Assembly (NCBI GenBank): GCA_031400975.1
Contig: JANNQX010000168.1
Coordinates: 591 to 64,590, forward strand
Source of the DNA: Gemmatimonadota bacterium
Lineage (GTDB): Bacteria > Gemmatimonadota > Gemmatimonadetes > Gemmatimonadales > GWC2-71-9
Reading direction: 5' to 3'
DNA: 64,000 bases
Positions 18,541-27,379 of this stretch are shown one piece after another. Made by a program: the position numbers and the translations under genes. Position 1 is the first letter of the stretch. The number at the start of each line of letters is the position of its first letter. The notes below the pieces were generated by a model. It did no database searches. It was given only the letters and a program-made list of their open reading frames with translations, and was not told where the DNA came from.

Positions 18541-19956
18541 ATGTATTTTCGCCGTTTTTACGACGAGCAGCTCGCCCAGGCGAGCTATCTAATCGGATGT
18601 CAGGCCAACGGGACCGCGATCGTCATCGACCCGGCCCGGGCCATTCAACCATACTTGGAAGTGGCGGCCGCGGAAAACTTCATGATCGTCGCGGTGACCG
18701 AAACCCACATCCATGCGGATTTCGTCTCGGGGATTCGCGAGCTGGCTCGGGCCACCGACGCCAAGACGTACGTCAGCGGCTGCGGGACCCCCGATTGGCA
18801 GTACGAGTTCCGCGAGGAATCGAATGTGACTGTGCTGGCCGACGGCGACACGATCAACATCGGCAACATCAAGATCACGGCCGTGCACACGCCCGGACAT
18901 ACCCCTGAGCACCTGTCGTTTGTGGTAACGGACCGGGTGGTGACGGAGGAACCGATCGGGATCGTGACCGGTGACTTCGTCTTCGTCGGCGATGTCGGTC
19001 GACCCGACCTGCTCGAGAAAGCGGCCCACATCAGCAACACCGCCGCCGCCGGGGCGCGCGACTTGTACCGGAGCTTGGCCTGGATCAAGACCATGCCGGA
19101 CTACGTCCAAATTTGGCCCGGTCATGGGGCCGGGTCGGCGTGCGGCAAGGGGCTCGGTGCGGTGCCCCAATCGACGGTTGGATACGAGCGTCGGTTCAAC
19201 TGGGCTTTTGGCGTCACCTCGGAAGCGGAGTTCGTCAAGCAGGTACTGACCGGTCAACCGGAGCCGCCGCGCTACTTCGGGCGAATGAAACAAGTGAATC
19301 GGGCCGGGGCTCCGGTGCTCGGCCCAATGGCTCCGGTCCAGTCGCTCAATTCGGCGGCCTTTAAGCGGCACTTGACGGCTGGAGCGATCATCATCGACAC
19401 GAGACTGAGCGCTGAGTTTGCGGCCGGTCACGTTCCGGGGACGATCAACATCCCGATGTCGAAGAATTTCACCTCCTATGCGGGGTCGGTGGTCCCCTTC
19501 GATCAAGAAATTTGTGTCGTCCTGACCGACCCCGCCGTCGGCGAAGCGGTCGCGCGAAACCTCCGATCGGTTGGGTTTGACCGAATTGGCGGGATCATCG
19601 AGGCGACGGTGGTCGATGCGTGGAAGGGCCGCGGCAACACCCTTGGCCTGTCCACTGAAACTACGGTCGAGCACCTGATGGACGAACCGGATGTCGAGCG
19701 GTTTGTCCTCGACGTCCGGAACCTGTCAGAGTGGAATGCGGGGCACATGCCGGGCGCCAAGTTGATTCCGCTCCCGGAACTGGTCGATCGATTGGAGGAA
19801 ATCCCGAAGGACGCCAACATCGTGATTCACTGTCAGTCCGGCGGGCGGTCCGCGATTGCCTCGAGCGTTCTCAAAAGCCGGGGGTACGAGCGGGTAGCCA
19901 ACCTGATCGGCGGGTTTAGCGCGTGGATCGGTATCGGCGGAAAGATCGAGCGATAG
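18541..19956 (+). CDS. persulfide dioxygenase (MBL fold) fused to two rhodanese domains
   Basis: MBL motifs TETHIHADFVSG and HTPGHTPEH. C-terminal rhodanese with active-site loop HCQSGGRS. Architecture resembles CstB/PRF-type fusions. Confidence 0.85.
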   Translation: MYFRRFYDEQLAQASYLIGCQANGTAIVIDPARAIQPYLEVAAAENFMIVAVTETHIHADFVSGIRELARATDAKTYVSGCGTPDWQYEFREESNVTVLADGDTINIGNIKITAVHTPGHTPEHLSFVVTDRVVTEEPIGIVTGDFVFVGDVGRPDLLEKAAHISNTAAAGARDLYRSLAWIKTMPDYVQIWPGHGAGSACGKGLGAVPQSTVGYERRFNWAFGVTSEAEFVKQVLTGQPEPPRYFGRMKQVNRAGAPVLGPMAPVQSLNSAAFKRHLTAGAIIIDTRLSAEFAAGHVPGTINIPMSKNFTSYAGSVVPFDQEICVVLTDPAVGEAVARNLRSVGFDRIGGIIEATVVDAWKGRGNTLGLSTETTVEHLMDEPDVERFVLDVRNLSEWNAGHMPGAKLIPLPELVDRLEEIPKDANIVIHCQSGGRSAIASSVLKSRGYERVANLIGGFSAWIGIGGKIER

Positions 19957-20133
19957 GCCGCCCCGGCGCGCGGCCAAAACGGCAAGGTGCTTGGCGCCGA
20001 TCTGTCGGATCGGCTGGTTGGTTCGGCGGATTCTGTCGCAATGGCGGGTATGGGTTGGTACAAGGGCTGCACTGACTCTCGTCCGAGCGGTGGACACCAC
20101 CGTGCCTAACGACATTCCGAAAGGACGTTTCCC

Positions 20134-20487
20134 ATGTTTGATCGAACTCTCTCCGGTAGTCCGTGGTCCCCGGCGTTTGACATTGCCGAGGATGCCAAAT
20201 CGTTTGCGATTGCGCTCGAGGTGCCGGGCGTGAAGGCCGAAGAAATTACCATCGAGGTTGATGGCAATCGATTGACGATTTCGGGCGAAAAGAAGACCGA
20301 CGCCGGCCCGGCCACCGACCGAGCTCTTCGGTTCGAGCGTCGGTTCGGCCGCTTTTCCCGGGCGTTCGTCTTGCCCGATACGGTCGATAGCTCAGGAATT
20401 CAGGCGGCGGCGAAAGATGGGGTGCTTCGGGTGAGTTTGCCGAAGGTGGCCCGGCCGGAACCGCGGGTGATTCCGGTCGCAGCCTAG
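20134..20487 (+). CDS. Hsp20/alpha-crystallin small heat-shock protein
   Basis: 117 aa. Pattern PAFDIAEDAKSFAIALEVPGVKAEEITIEVDGNRLTISGEKK...GVLRVSLPK is the canonical ACD pattern. Confidence 0.9.
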   Translation: MFDRTLSGSPWSPAFDIAEDAKSFAIALEVPGVKAEEITIEVDGNRLTISGEKKTDAGPATDRALRFERRFGRFSRAFVLPDTVDSSGIQAAAKDGVLRVSLPKVARPEPRVIPVAA

Positions 20488-20506
20488 CGGAACAGCGCCG
20501 GGCTGG

Positions 20507-20929
20507 TCACCACGATAGCACCCAGCCGGCGAACTTCACCGCCCAAACCGCCCCCGCGATCGCGACGGGGAGCAGGGCGAGGCCTACGGAAAAAATCAGA
20601 CCTTGGCGGAACAGGACCGGCCCGATCGCGGGCGGGTCCTTTCGCCACCAGGCATTGAAGCTCAACTCAATGGCCCACCCAGCGGTGTAGCACACGTTCG
20701 CCAGGAGTCCGAACACCAAAGCGGGTCCGAGCGGGAGACCGGCGAACTCGGGATTCGGCGGGAGGGCCAGGATCAGATTGACGACGCCGATCGAGAAAAG
20801 GCCGGTGCCACCGACGACGAGGTTGAAGCGAAGTCGGCGGCGCTCCCACCAGCCGATCACGGCGCCCGCCGACCGGGACGATGCGGGTACTGGGTAGAGC
20901 AATCGGACCAATGCGGACACGGGGCTCAA
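20507..20929 (-). CDS. hypothetical integral membrane protein
   Basis: 140 aa with 3-4 hydrophobic helices. No recognisable motif. Confidence 0.5.
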   Translation of the reverse strand: MSPVSALVRLLYPVPASSRSAGAVIGWWERRRLRFNLVVGGTGLFSIGVVNLILALPPNPEFAGLPLGPALVFGLLANVCYTAGWAIELSFNAWWRKDPPAIGPVLFRQGLIFSVGLALLPVAIAGAVWAVKFAGWVLSW

Positions 20930-21342
20930 TTCGACAGATGTTGAAATAGTCTAGGGAATGGCTGGTTTTTTGTCAAGTACTTTTTTCTACAAAGCTTGCC
21001 GCAGTTCCCTGATCCACCCAGTCCGTCATCAGCTCGTTCAATTGGTCTGGAAACTGCCAGTTCTAGGGATCCAGCTGGCGGGCGATAGTTCGCGACATCG
21101 AGGACCATTTGCCGAACGCCCCCGCCCTCAAATTGGCGAGGTCCTTTCTTGCCAGCTCGTAGCCCACGAGATAAGTTCTCCGCCGTGCGCACCTATCGAC
21201 GCCGCCCCTCACCCTCCCTTGCGCAAGCGCTCGCGCCCTTGCTGGCGCTTTACTTGCTACTGCAGCTCTTTCTCCAGACCCGCTAATCGCACCGCTAACC
21301 CAGGCACAACCCGTCAACCGGCTGAGCCCGGTTAGAATTGAC

Positions 21343-22242
21343 GTGCTAACGAACGTTGGCACAACCCAGACCCGGGGACCACAGGTGATCGGAATCATCG
21401 GCGGAAGTGGCTTGTATCAAATGGACGGGTGGGCCAATACCGCCTGGCGCCGGATCTCGACTCCCTGGGGCGACCCCTCCGACGAAATCCTCGTCGGCTC
21501 CTTTGGTGGCCAAGCCACGGCGTTCTTGCCCCGTCACGGCCGGGGTCACCGGATCCCGCCGTCGGACCTCAATTTCCGAGCGAACATCGCCGCGTTGAAG
21601 CAACTCGGTGTAACCGATGTGTTGAGCCTGTCCGCGGTCGGGTCGCTGCGTGAGGACTTGCCGCCTGGCACCTTCGTGGTGGTCGACCAGTTTGTCGACC
21701 GGACCTTCGCGCGCGCCAAGAGCTTCTTCGGCCCCGGGCTTGTCGCCCACGTTTCGGTCGCCGATCCGGTCTGCCGCCGGCTCGGTGATCTGATCGAGCG
21801 GTCGGCCCGCGCCCTCGCCTTGCCGATTGTTCGTGGCGGAACCTATCTCGCCATGGAAGGCCCCCAGTTCTCGACCCACGCCGAGTCGATGCTGTACCGG
21901 TCGTGGGGCATGAGCGTCATCGGAATGACCAACATGCCGGAGGCCAAGCTGGCTCGGGAGGCCGAGCTCTGCTATGCGACTGTCGCCATGGTCACCGACT
22001 TCGACTGCTGGCATCCCGACCATGGCCATGTCACGGTGGATCAGGTCGTTGCTGTTTTGCTCCGGAATGCGGCGGCCGCGCAGGGCTTGGTGCAGGCGGT
22101 GGCGCCCCGACTCGCCGACCGGCCGACGCCGTGTCCGTGCGGCTGCGACCGAGCGCTCGATCACGCGGTGATGACGGCGCCGGCTCTCCGGGACCCCGAA
22201 TTGGTCGAGCGGCTCCGAATCATCGCTGGACGGGTGCTGTGA
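21343..22242 (+). CDS. mtnP: S-methyl-5'-thioadenosine phosphorylase
   Basis: VIGIIGGSGLYQMDG, FLPRHGRGHRIPPSDLNFRANIAALKQLGV, MTNMPEAKLAREAE. GTG start at 21343; an in-frame GTG at 21385 is an alternative. Confidence 0.9.
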   Translation: MLTNVGTTQTRGPQVIGIIGGSGLYQMDGWANTAWRRISTPWGDPSDEILVGSFGGQATAFLPRHGRGHRIPPSDLNFRANIAALKQLGVTDVLSLSAVGSLREDLPPGTFVVVDQFVDRTFARAKSFFGPGLVAHVSVADPVCRRLGDLIERSARALALPIVRGGTYLAMEGPQFSTHAESMLYRSWGMSVIGMTNMPEAKLAREAELCYATVAMVTDFDCWHPDHGHVTVDQVVAVLLRNAAAAQGLVQAVAPRLADRPTPCPCGCDRALDHAVMTAPALRDPELVERLRIIAGRVL

Positions 22243-22769
22243 TCGATCTCAAGGGGTTGGTCCGCTCGATTCCCGACCATCCCAAACCGGGAATCCTGTT
22301 TCGCGATGTCACCACGCTTTTGGCGAACGGCCCGGCGTTTCGGGAACTGATTGACCGAATCGTGATCCGGTATCGGCCACTCCGGATCGACCAGGTGGCC
22401 GGTATCGAGGCCCGCGGGTTCATTCTGGGCGGCGCGGTGGCGGTTGGACTCAGCGCCGGGTTCGTGCCGATCCGCAAGCAGGGCAAGCTTCCGTCGGCGA
22501 CGGTCGGGCAGGACTACGATCTCGAATATGGGAGCGACCGGGTCGAGATCCATCGCGACGCCATTGCCCCGGGTCACCGAGTGCTCTTGATCGACGACCT
22601 GATCGCGACCGGCGGTACCGCGTTGGCTGCCCTGGCTCTGCTGACCCAACTCGATTCCCAGATCGTCGAGGCCTGTTTTGCCATCGACCTTCCCGACCTC
22701 GGTGGGCGCCGCCGGCTTGAAGCGGCCGGGTACCGGATCTTCAGCGTGATGGAGTTCGACGGTCACTGA
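22239..22769 (+). CDS. apt: adenine phosphoribosyltransferase
   Basis: GTG 22239 overlaps the mtnP stop (GTGA). Motifs IPDHPKPGILFRDVTTLL and the PRPP loop VLLIDDLIATGGTA. The track start 21903 lies inside mtnP and is rejected. Confidence 0.9.
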   Translation: MIDLKGLVRSIPDHPKPGILFRDVTTLLANGPAFRELIDRIVIRYRPLRIDQVAGIEARGFILGGAVAVGLSAGFVPIRKQGKLPSATVGQDYDLEYGSDRVEIHRDAIAPGHRVLLIDDLIATGGTALAALALLTQLDSQIVEACFAIDLPDLGGRRRLEAAGYRIFSVMEFDGH

Positions 22770-23818
22770 TGCGGGTCGGCGATCGCTGGTATCGGACGAT
22801 TTGGGTCGAGGACGACGGGGCGACGGTTGCCGTCATCGACCAGACGGCGCTGCCGGGCCGGCTTTCGGTGATTCGGCTTCAGTCTGCCGACGAGATGGCC
22901 GATGCGATCAAGCGGATGCGGGTTCGCGGGGCCCCCCTGATTGGGGTCGCCGCCGCGTTTGGGGTGGCGCTAGCGCTCCGGGCGGACCCAAGCGACGCCG
23001 GCCTGGCCGGGGCCGCATCGGCGTTAGGCACCGCTCGGCCCACCGCGGTCAATCTTCGTTGGGCCCTCGACCTCATGGTCCGACACCTGAGCGGCCTCAC
23101 GCCGGGAAACCGAGTGGCGGCGGGGTACCGATACGCCGCTCGGCTGGCCGACGACGACGTGGCGACCTGCCAAGCGATCGGCGAGCATGGCGAGCCGCTC
23201 CTGCGCAGTCTCTGGGAGCGGACCGGTCGAGGCCGGCCGGTGAACGTCCTGACTCACTGCAATGCCGGTTGGCTGGCCACCGTCGATTGGGGGACCGCCT
23301 TGGCGCCGATCTACCTCGCTCATGATCGCGGCGTGCCGATCCACGTCTGGGTCGATGAAACGCGGCCCCGCAATCAGGGCTTGTTGACCGCCTGGGAGCT
23401 GGCCGGCCATGGGGTTCCCCACACGGTCATTGCGGACAATGCGGGCGGGCACCTGATGCGAACGGGCCGAGTGGACTGTTGTCTGGTGGGGACCGACCGC
23501 ACCACCCGTCGGGGCGATGTCGCGAACAAAATCGGGACCTACCTAAAGGCACTCGCCGCGTTTGACACCCAGGTACCTTTCTACGTCGCGGCCCCGTCGT
23601 CGAGCATCGACTGGCTCGAGTCGGATGGCGACCGGATCCCGATTGAAGAGCGGCCTGGGTCAGAGTTCGGCTTCGGCGCCGACGTGCCGGTGGCCAACCC
23701 GGCGTTCGATGTGACGCCAGCGCGATTGGTCACGGGTCTACTGACCGAGCGAGGGATCACTGACGCCTCTGCCGAGGGCCTGGCGCGGATGTTCCCGGAG
23801 CGAATCAATGACGGATGA
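22769..23818 (+). CDS. mtnA: S-methyl-5-thioribose-1-phosphate isomerase
   Basis: 349 aa. MRVRGAPLIGVAAAFG and VGTDRTTRRGDVANKIGTY. 1-nt overlap with the apt stop (TGATG). Confidence 0.9.
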   Translation: MRVGDRWYRTIWVEDDGATVAVIDQTALPGRLSVIRLQSADEMADAIKRMRVRGAPLIGVAAAFGVALALRADPSDAGLAGAASALGTARPTAVNLRWALDLMVRHLSGLTPGNRVAAGYRYAARLADDDVATCQAIGEHGEPLLRSLWERTGRGRPVNVLTHCNAGWLATVDWGTALAPIYLAHDRGVPIHVWVDETRPRNQGLLTAWELAGHGVPHTVIADNAGGHLMRTGRVDCCLVGTDRTTRRGDVANKIGTYLKALAAFDTQVPFYVAAPSSSIDWLESDGDRIPIEERPGSEFGFGADVPVANPAFDVTPARLVTGLLTERGITDASAEGLARMFPERINDG

Positions 23819-24452
23819 TGCGGAGCGATCGCTGGTTATCGACGCGGCTCGCCGGACCGTGGTGCTCGGCCTTACCCATGGCACCTCCGGCAATGTGAGC
23901 TGCCGGATCCCGAACGGGATGCTGATCACACCGACCGGAATGCCGTACGATCGCCTGGAGACCGCGGACGTCGTGAGGATGGACCTTCAGGGCGCTCCGT
24001 TCCCAGGTGAGCGGCGGAAGCCGTCCAGTGAATGGCGGATCCATGCCGAGCTGTATCGGGCTCGCCCCGACATCGGAGCGATCGTGCACGGCCACTCGCC
24101 GGCCGCCACGGCGGTTGCCTGCCTTGGACGCGACCTTCCGGCGTTTCACTATATGGTTGCCGTGGCCGGGGGCGACTCGGTCCGCTGTGCCGGGTACGCG
24201 CTCTTCGGTACCGACACCCTCGCGAGCCTCACGGTGGCGGCGATGGAGGACCGCTGGGCCTGCTTGCTGGCCCATCACGGCATGGTGGCCGCCGGTCCGA
24301 CGCTCGAACGGGCGGTTGCGGTGGCGTTGGAAATCGAGTTCCTGTCGTCGGTGTATCTCCGGATCTTGCCCCTAGGCCTGCCCGCGACACTCGATCCGGC
24401 GCAGATGGGTTCCGTGATAGACCGATTCCGGTCGTATGGGCAGCAGGCCTGA
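23808..24452 (+). CDS. class II aldolase/adducin-family protein (MtnB dehydratase or Ald2-type aldolase)
   Basis: 214 aa. GTSGNVS and the metal-binding region IVHGHSPAATAV. Overlaps mtnA by 11 nt. Confidence 0.8.
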   Translation: MTDDAERSLVIDAARRTVVLGLTHGTSGNVSCRIPNGMLITPTGMPYDRLETADVVRMDLQGAPFPGERRKPSSEWRIHAELYRARPDIGAIVHGHSPAATAVACLGRDLPAFHYMVAVAGGDSVRCAGYALFGTDTLASLTVAAMEDRWACLLAHHGMVAAGPTLERAVAVALEIEFLSSVYLRILPLGLPATLDPAQMGSVIDRFRSYGQQA

Positions 24453-24523
24453 AAGCCAACCCTTGCCGCGGGGCCGTGTCTGCGGCAACATTGCCGCTCT
24501 TACCCACATTTCCCGGTGTCCTT

Positions 24524-26047
24524 ATGGCTCCATTGCGCATTGCGTTCGCGGCGGTTGTCCTGGTCTCGGCGTGTCAGACGGCCTCGGGTCCAGCGGGGAC
24601 CACCATCACCAACGTCCGGATCATCGATGGGACCGGGACGCCGGCGGTGGCCGGCGCCGTCCGCATCGTCGGCGATACGATCGTGGCGGTTGGCGCCGTG
24701 AAACCGGCCCCCGGCGACTCGGTCGTCGAGGGCCAGGGCATGGTGCTCGCTCCCGGTTTCATCGATACCCACAGTCACCACACCGGGGGTCTTGACTCGA
24801 ACCCCGCGGCGTTGGCTGCGGTGAGCCAGGGTATCACCACGATTGTCGGTGGCAACGACGGCTACCACGCGATGCCCCTCGCGGCACGGTTTGATACGCT
24901 GGCCAATGCGGGGCCGTCGATCAACGTCGCGTCCTATGCCGGCCACGGAACGATCCGCTCGGCGGTGATGGGGGAGGACTTCAAGCGCCATGCGACGACC
25001 AAGGAGGTCGACTCGATGGCGGTGTTACTGCAGCGGGAACTCGATGCCGGCGCGCTGGGATTGTCGACCGGGCTCGAATACGATCCCGGGATCAACTCCG
25101 ATCGGGCCGAAGTCCTGGCGTTGGCCAAGGTTGCCGCCAAGGCCGGCGGACGGTACATCAGCCATATCCGGAGTGAGGACCGATGGTTTTGGGACGCGAT
25201 CGACGAGATTATCACCATTGGGCGGGAAGCGAAGCTTCCGGTCCAGATTAGTCACCTCAAATTGGCCATGGTTCCGCTGTGGGGAAAGACCGACAGCCTG
25301 TTCGGACTCCTGAACGCGGCCCGCGCCAGCGGGGTCGACATCACCGCCGACGTTTATCCCTACACCTACTGGCAGTCGACCCTTCAGGTGCTGTTTCCGA
25401 AGCGAGATTTCTCCAATCGCGCCGAGGCCAACAACATTCTCAAGGAAATCGCCAAGCCTGACGGGTTGTTGATCGGGGACTTCGAAGCCAATCCGAGCTA
25501 CAAGGGCAAGACGGTGGCCGAGATTGCCAAGCTTCGGAACGAAGATCCGGCCAGTACGTTGATGGGCCTGATTCGGGAAGCAATGGCGTGGGAAAAGGCC
25601 CATCCAGGGCAGGGCGGCGAGAGCGTGGTGGCCACCAGCATGGACGACGGCGACATCGGCAAGTTGCTCGCGTGGGAGCACACCAACGTCTGTTCGGATG
25701 GGGCCCTCGATGGCGCCCATCCGAGAGGCTACGGCGCCTTTACGCGGGTGTTAGGCAAGTACGTCCGGGATATGCAAGTCATGCCGCTCGAGGTCGCGAT
25801 CAAGCGGATGACTAGTCTGGGCGCGGCGCACGTCGGGCTCACCGATCGGGGTACCATCGCTCCGGGCCAATTTGCCGATTTGGTCTTGTTCGACCCCGCC
25901 ACTGTCGCCGACCGGGCCACCCCCGCCGAACCCCATCTGATTTCAACCGGTATCGCGAGGGTATGGGTCAACGGACTGACCGTCTGGCAGGATGGGAAGA
26001 CGGTAGCGAGCCGAGCGGGGCGGATGCTCAAGCGGCAGGCTCAATGA
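24524..26047 (+). CDS. N-acyl-D-amino-acid deacylase (D-aminoacylase family amidohydrolase), lipoprotein
   Basis: True start is ATG 24524 (MAPLRIAFAAVVLVSAC, lipobox). Motifs ITNVRIIDGTG and PGFIDTHSHH. Long family-typical C-terminus ending VWVNG. The track start 24032 overlaps the aldolase gene. Confidence 0.8.
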   Translation: MAPLRIAFAAVVLVSACQTASGPAGTTITNVRIIDGTGTPAVAGAVRIVGDTIVAVGAVKPAPGDSVVEGQGMVLAPGFIDTHSHHTGGLDSNPAALAAVSQGITTIVGGNDGYHAMPLAARFDTLANAGPSINVASYAGHGTIRSAVMGEDFKRHATTKEVDSMAVLLQRELDAGALGLSTGLEYDPGINSDRAEVLALAKVAAKAGGRYISHIRSEDRWFWDAIDEIITIGREAKLPVQISHLKLAMVPLWGKTDSLFGLLNAARASGVDITADVYPYTYWQSTLQVLFPKRDFSNRAEANNILKEIAKPDGLLIGDFEANPSYKGKTVAEIAKLRNEDPASTLMGLIREAMAWEKAHPGQGGESVVATSMDDGDIGKLLAWEHTNVCSDGALDGAHPRGYGAFTRVLGKYVRDMQVMPLEVAIKRMTSLGAAHVGLTDRGTIAPGQFADLVLFDPATVADRATPAEPHLISTGIARVWVNGLTVWQDGKTVASRAGRMLKRQAQ

Positions 26048-27015
26048 ACCTGGTGGAGCTGATTGCCGATGCCGAGCGCCGGATCAGGCCCCACGTCCGG
26101 GAAACGCCCTTGTTCCTCTGTCCCAGCCTCTCGGACGAGATCGGCGCGAGAGTGTTCCTCAAGCTCGAAAACCAGCAGCTCACCGGCTCGTTCAAGGCTC
26201 GCGGGGCCTTGAACAAGATGTTGGCGTTGTCCGACGAGGAGCGGGCTCCTGGCGTCATCACCGCGTCGAGCGGCAATCATGGTGCGGCCGTCGCGTATGC
26301 CGGCAAGCTGGCGGGAGTGGTCCCGACGGTGTATTTGCCCGAAAACGCCGCCCCGACCAAGGTGGCGAAGATTCGGAAACTGGGAGCTCGGCTGGTCTTC
26401 TTTGGGAGTGACTCCGGTCTTTCGGAAGTGGAGGCTCGCCGGGTCGGGTTGGAAACAGGGCAGGTCTATCTGTCGCCGTATAACGATTGGGATGTGGTGG
26501 CGGGGCAGGGCACGATCGGGATCGAGTTGCTCCGTCAATGTCCGACCCTTGGGGCGGTGGTTGTCTCAATCGGCGGCGGCGGGCTGATTGGGGGCATTGC
26601 CGGATGGCTCAAAGCCCACCAGCCGGGCGTGGTCGTCATCGGATCATCGCCCCGGAACTCGTGTGTCATGGTGGAGTCGGTTCGACAGGGACAGATCCTC
26701 GACCTTCCCTCATTGCCGACTCTTTCCGATGGCACGGCAGGGGGTGTCGAGGTCGGGACGCTGACGTTGGATCTCTGTCGGGACTTGGTCGATCACTACG
26801 ACTTGCCGGAGGAGGCGGAGATCGAGTCCGCCCTTCGGCTACTCTTTGAGGAAGAGCGCCTAGTGGTTGAAGGGGCGGCGGCGGTGGCGGTCGCCACGTT
26901 GCGTCGACATCCCGAACTAGTGGCCGGTCGGGATGTCGCGGTGGTGCTGTGTGGGGGCAACATTGGGCTTGACGTCTGGTGCCGGGCCGTCAAGCCGGTG
27001 GAATCCGCAGGGTGA
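26044..27015 (+). CDS. fold-type II PLP-dependent enzyme (threonine/serine dehydratase or racemase-like)
   Basis: ATG 26044 overlaps the preceding stop (ATGA). PLP-lysine motif TGSFKARGALNKM. Also ASSGNHGAAVA and Gly-rich loop VSIGGGGLIGG. Confidence 0.8.
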   Translation: MNLVELIADAERRIRPHVRETPLFLCPSLSDEIGARVFLKLENQQLTGSFKARGALNKMLALSDEERAPGVITASSGNHGAAVAYAGKLAGVVPTVYLPENAAPTKVAKIRKLGARLVFFGSDSGLSEVEARRVGLETGQVYLSPYNDWDVVAGQGTIGIELLRQCPTLGAVVVSIGGGGLIGGIAGWLKAHQPGVVVIGSSPRNSCVMVESVRQGQILDLPSLPTLSDGTAGGVEVGTLTLDLCRDLVDHYDLPEEAEIESALRLLFEEERLVVEGAAAVAVATLRRHPELVAGRDVAVVLCGGNIGLDVWCRAVKPVESAG

Positions 27016-27334
27016 CTTCATCGCCGGGACTCACCGAGATCTCATCAGAGATCGGCGCTCGGTTGCTCCCGATCGGATCGGCTTGGAACCGAATCGATGT
27101 CAGGTTGCGGACCAGGTACTTCGGGAGTGTGAACTTGGTTTGGCTGTTGCCTCCGGCCAATCCGAGCCGCACTCGTCGCCCGCCCTCGAGGGCGTAGATC
27201 GTCATGTCCGGAAACGCCTGGTTATCGACCACCAAGAGGGTGGCGGCGTTCGGATCGATCTCGGTCTCGACCCGATTCCGGTTGCAGCCCGTCGCTGCCA
27301 TTGCCATGAGTACCAACATCGCTTCTTTGACCAT
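26990..27334 (-). CDS. small hypothetical lipoprotein
   Basis: Internal ATG at 27334 is preceded by GGAGGT. It gives MVKEAMLVLMAMAATGC (lipobox), 114 aa. Its 3' end overlaps the convergent PLP gene by 26 nt. Confidence 0.5.
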   Translation of the reverse strand: MVKEAMLVLMAMAATGCNRNRVETEIDPNAATLLVVDNQAFPDMTIYALEGGRRVRLGLAGGNSQTKFTLPKYLVRNLTSIRFQADPIGSNRAPISDEISVSPGDEVTLRIPPA

Positions 27335-27379
27335 GGGTAAACCTCCGTTGTCCAGCGTCTCCGACCCTACGGTCCCACA

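Noticed and set aside
19957-20133. CIRCE or HAIR heat-shock operator upstream of hsp20
   Set aside because: GCACTGACTCTCGTCCGAGCGGTG has only a loose resemblance to TTAGCACTC-N9-GAGTGCTAA, and there is no CTTGAGT-N7-ACTCAAG.
21180-21342. SAM riboswitch upstream of mtnP
   Set aside because: I could not find the conserved SAM-I or SAM-II core elements. Only a short AACCGG-ctgagc-CCGGTT hairpin is present.
24032-24523. Long N-terminal extensions of track ORFs: 24032, 10419, 42575, 60009, 7637, 21903, 25963, 6115, 28315, 39365
   Set aside because: The extensions overlap upstream genes or antisense genes. Internal starts give proper signal peptides, family N-termini or 4-nt stop/start overlaps.
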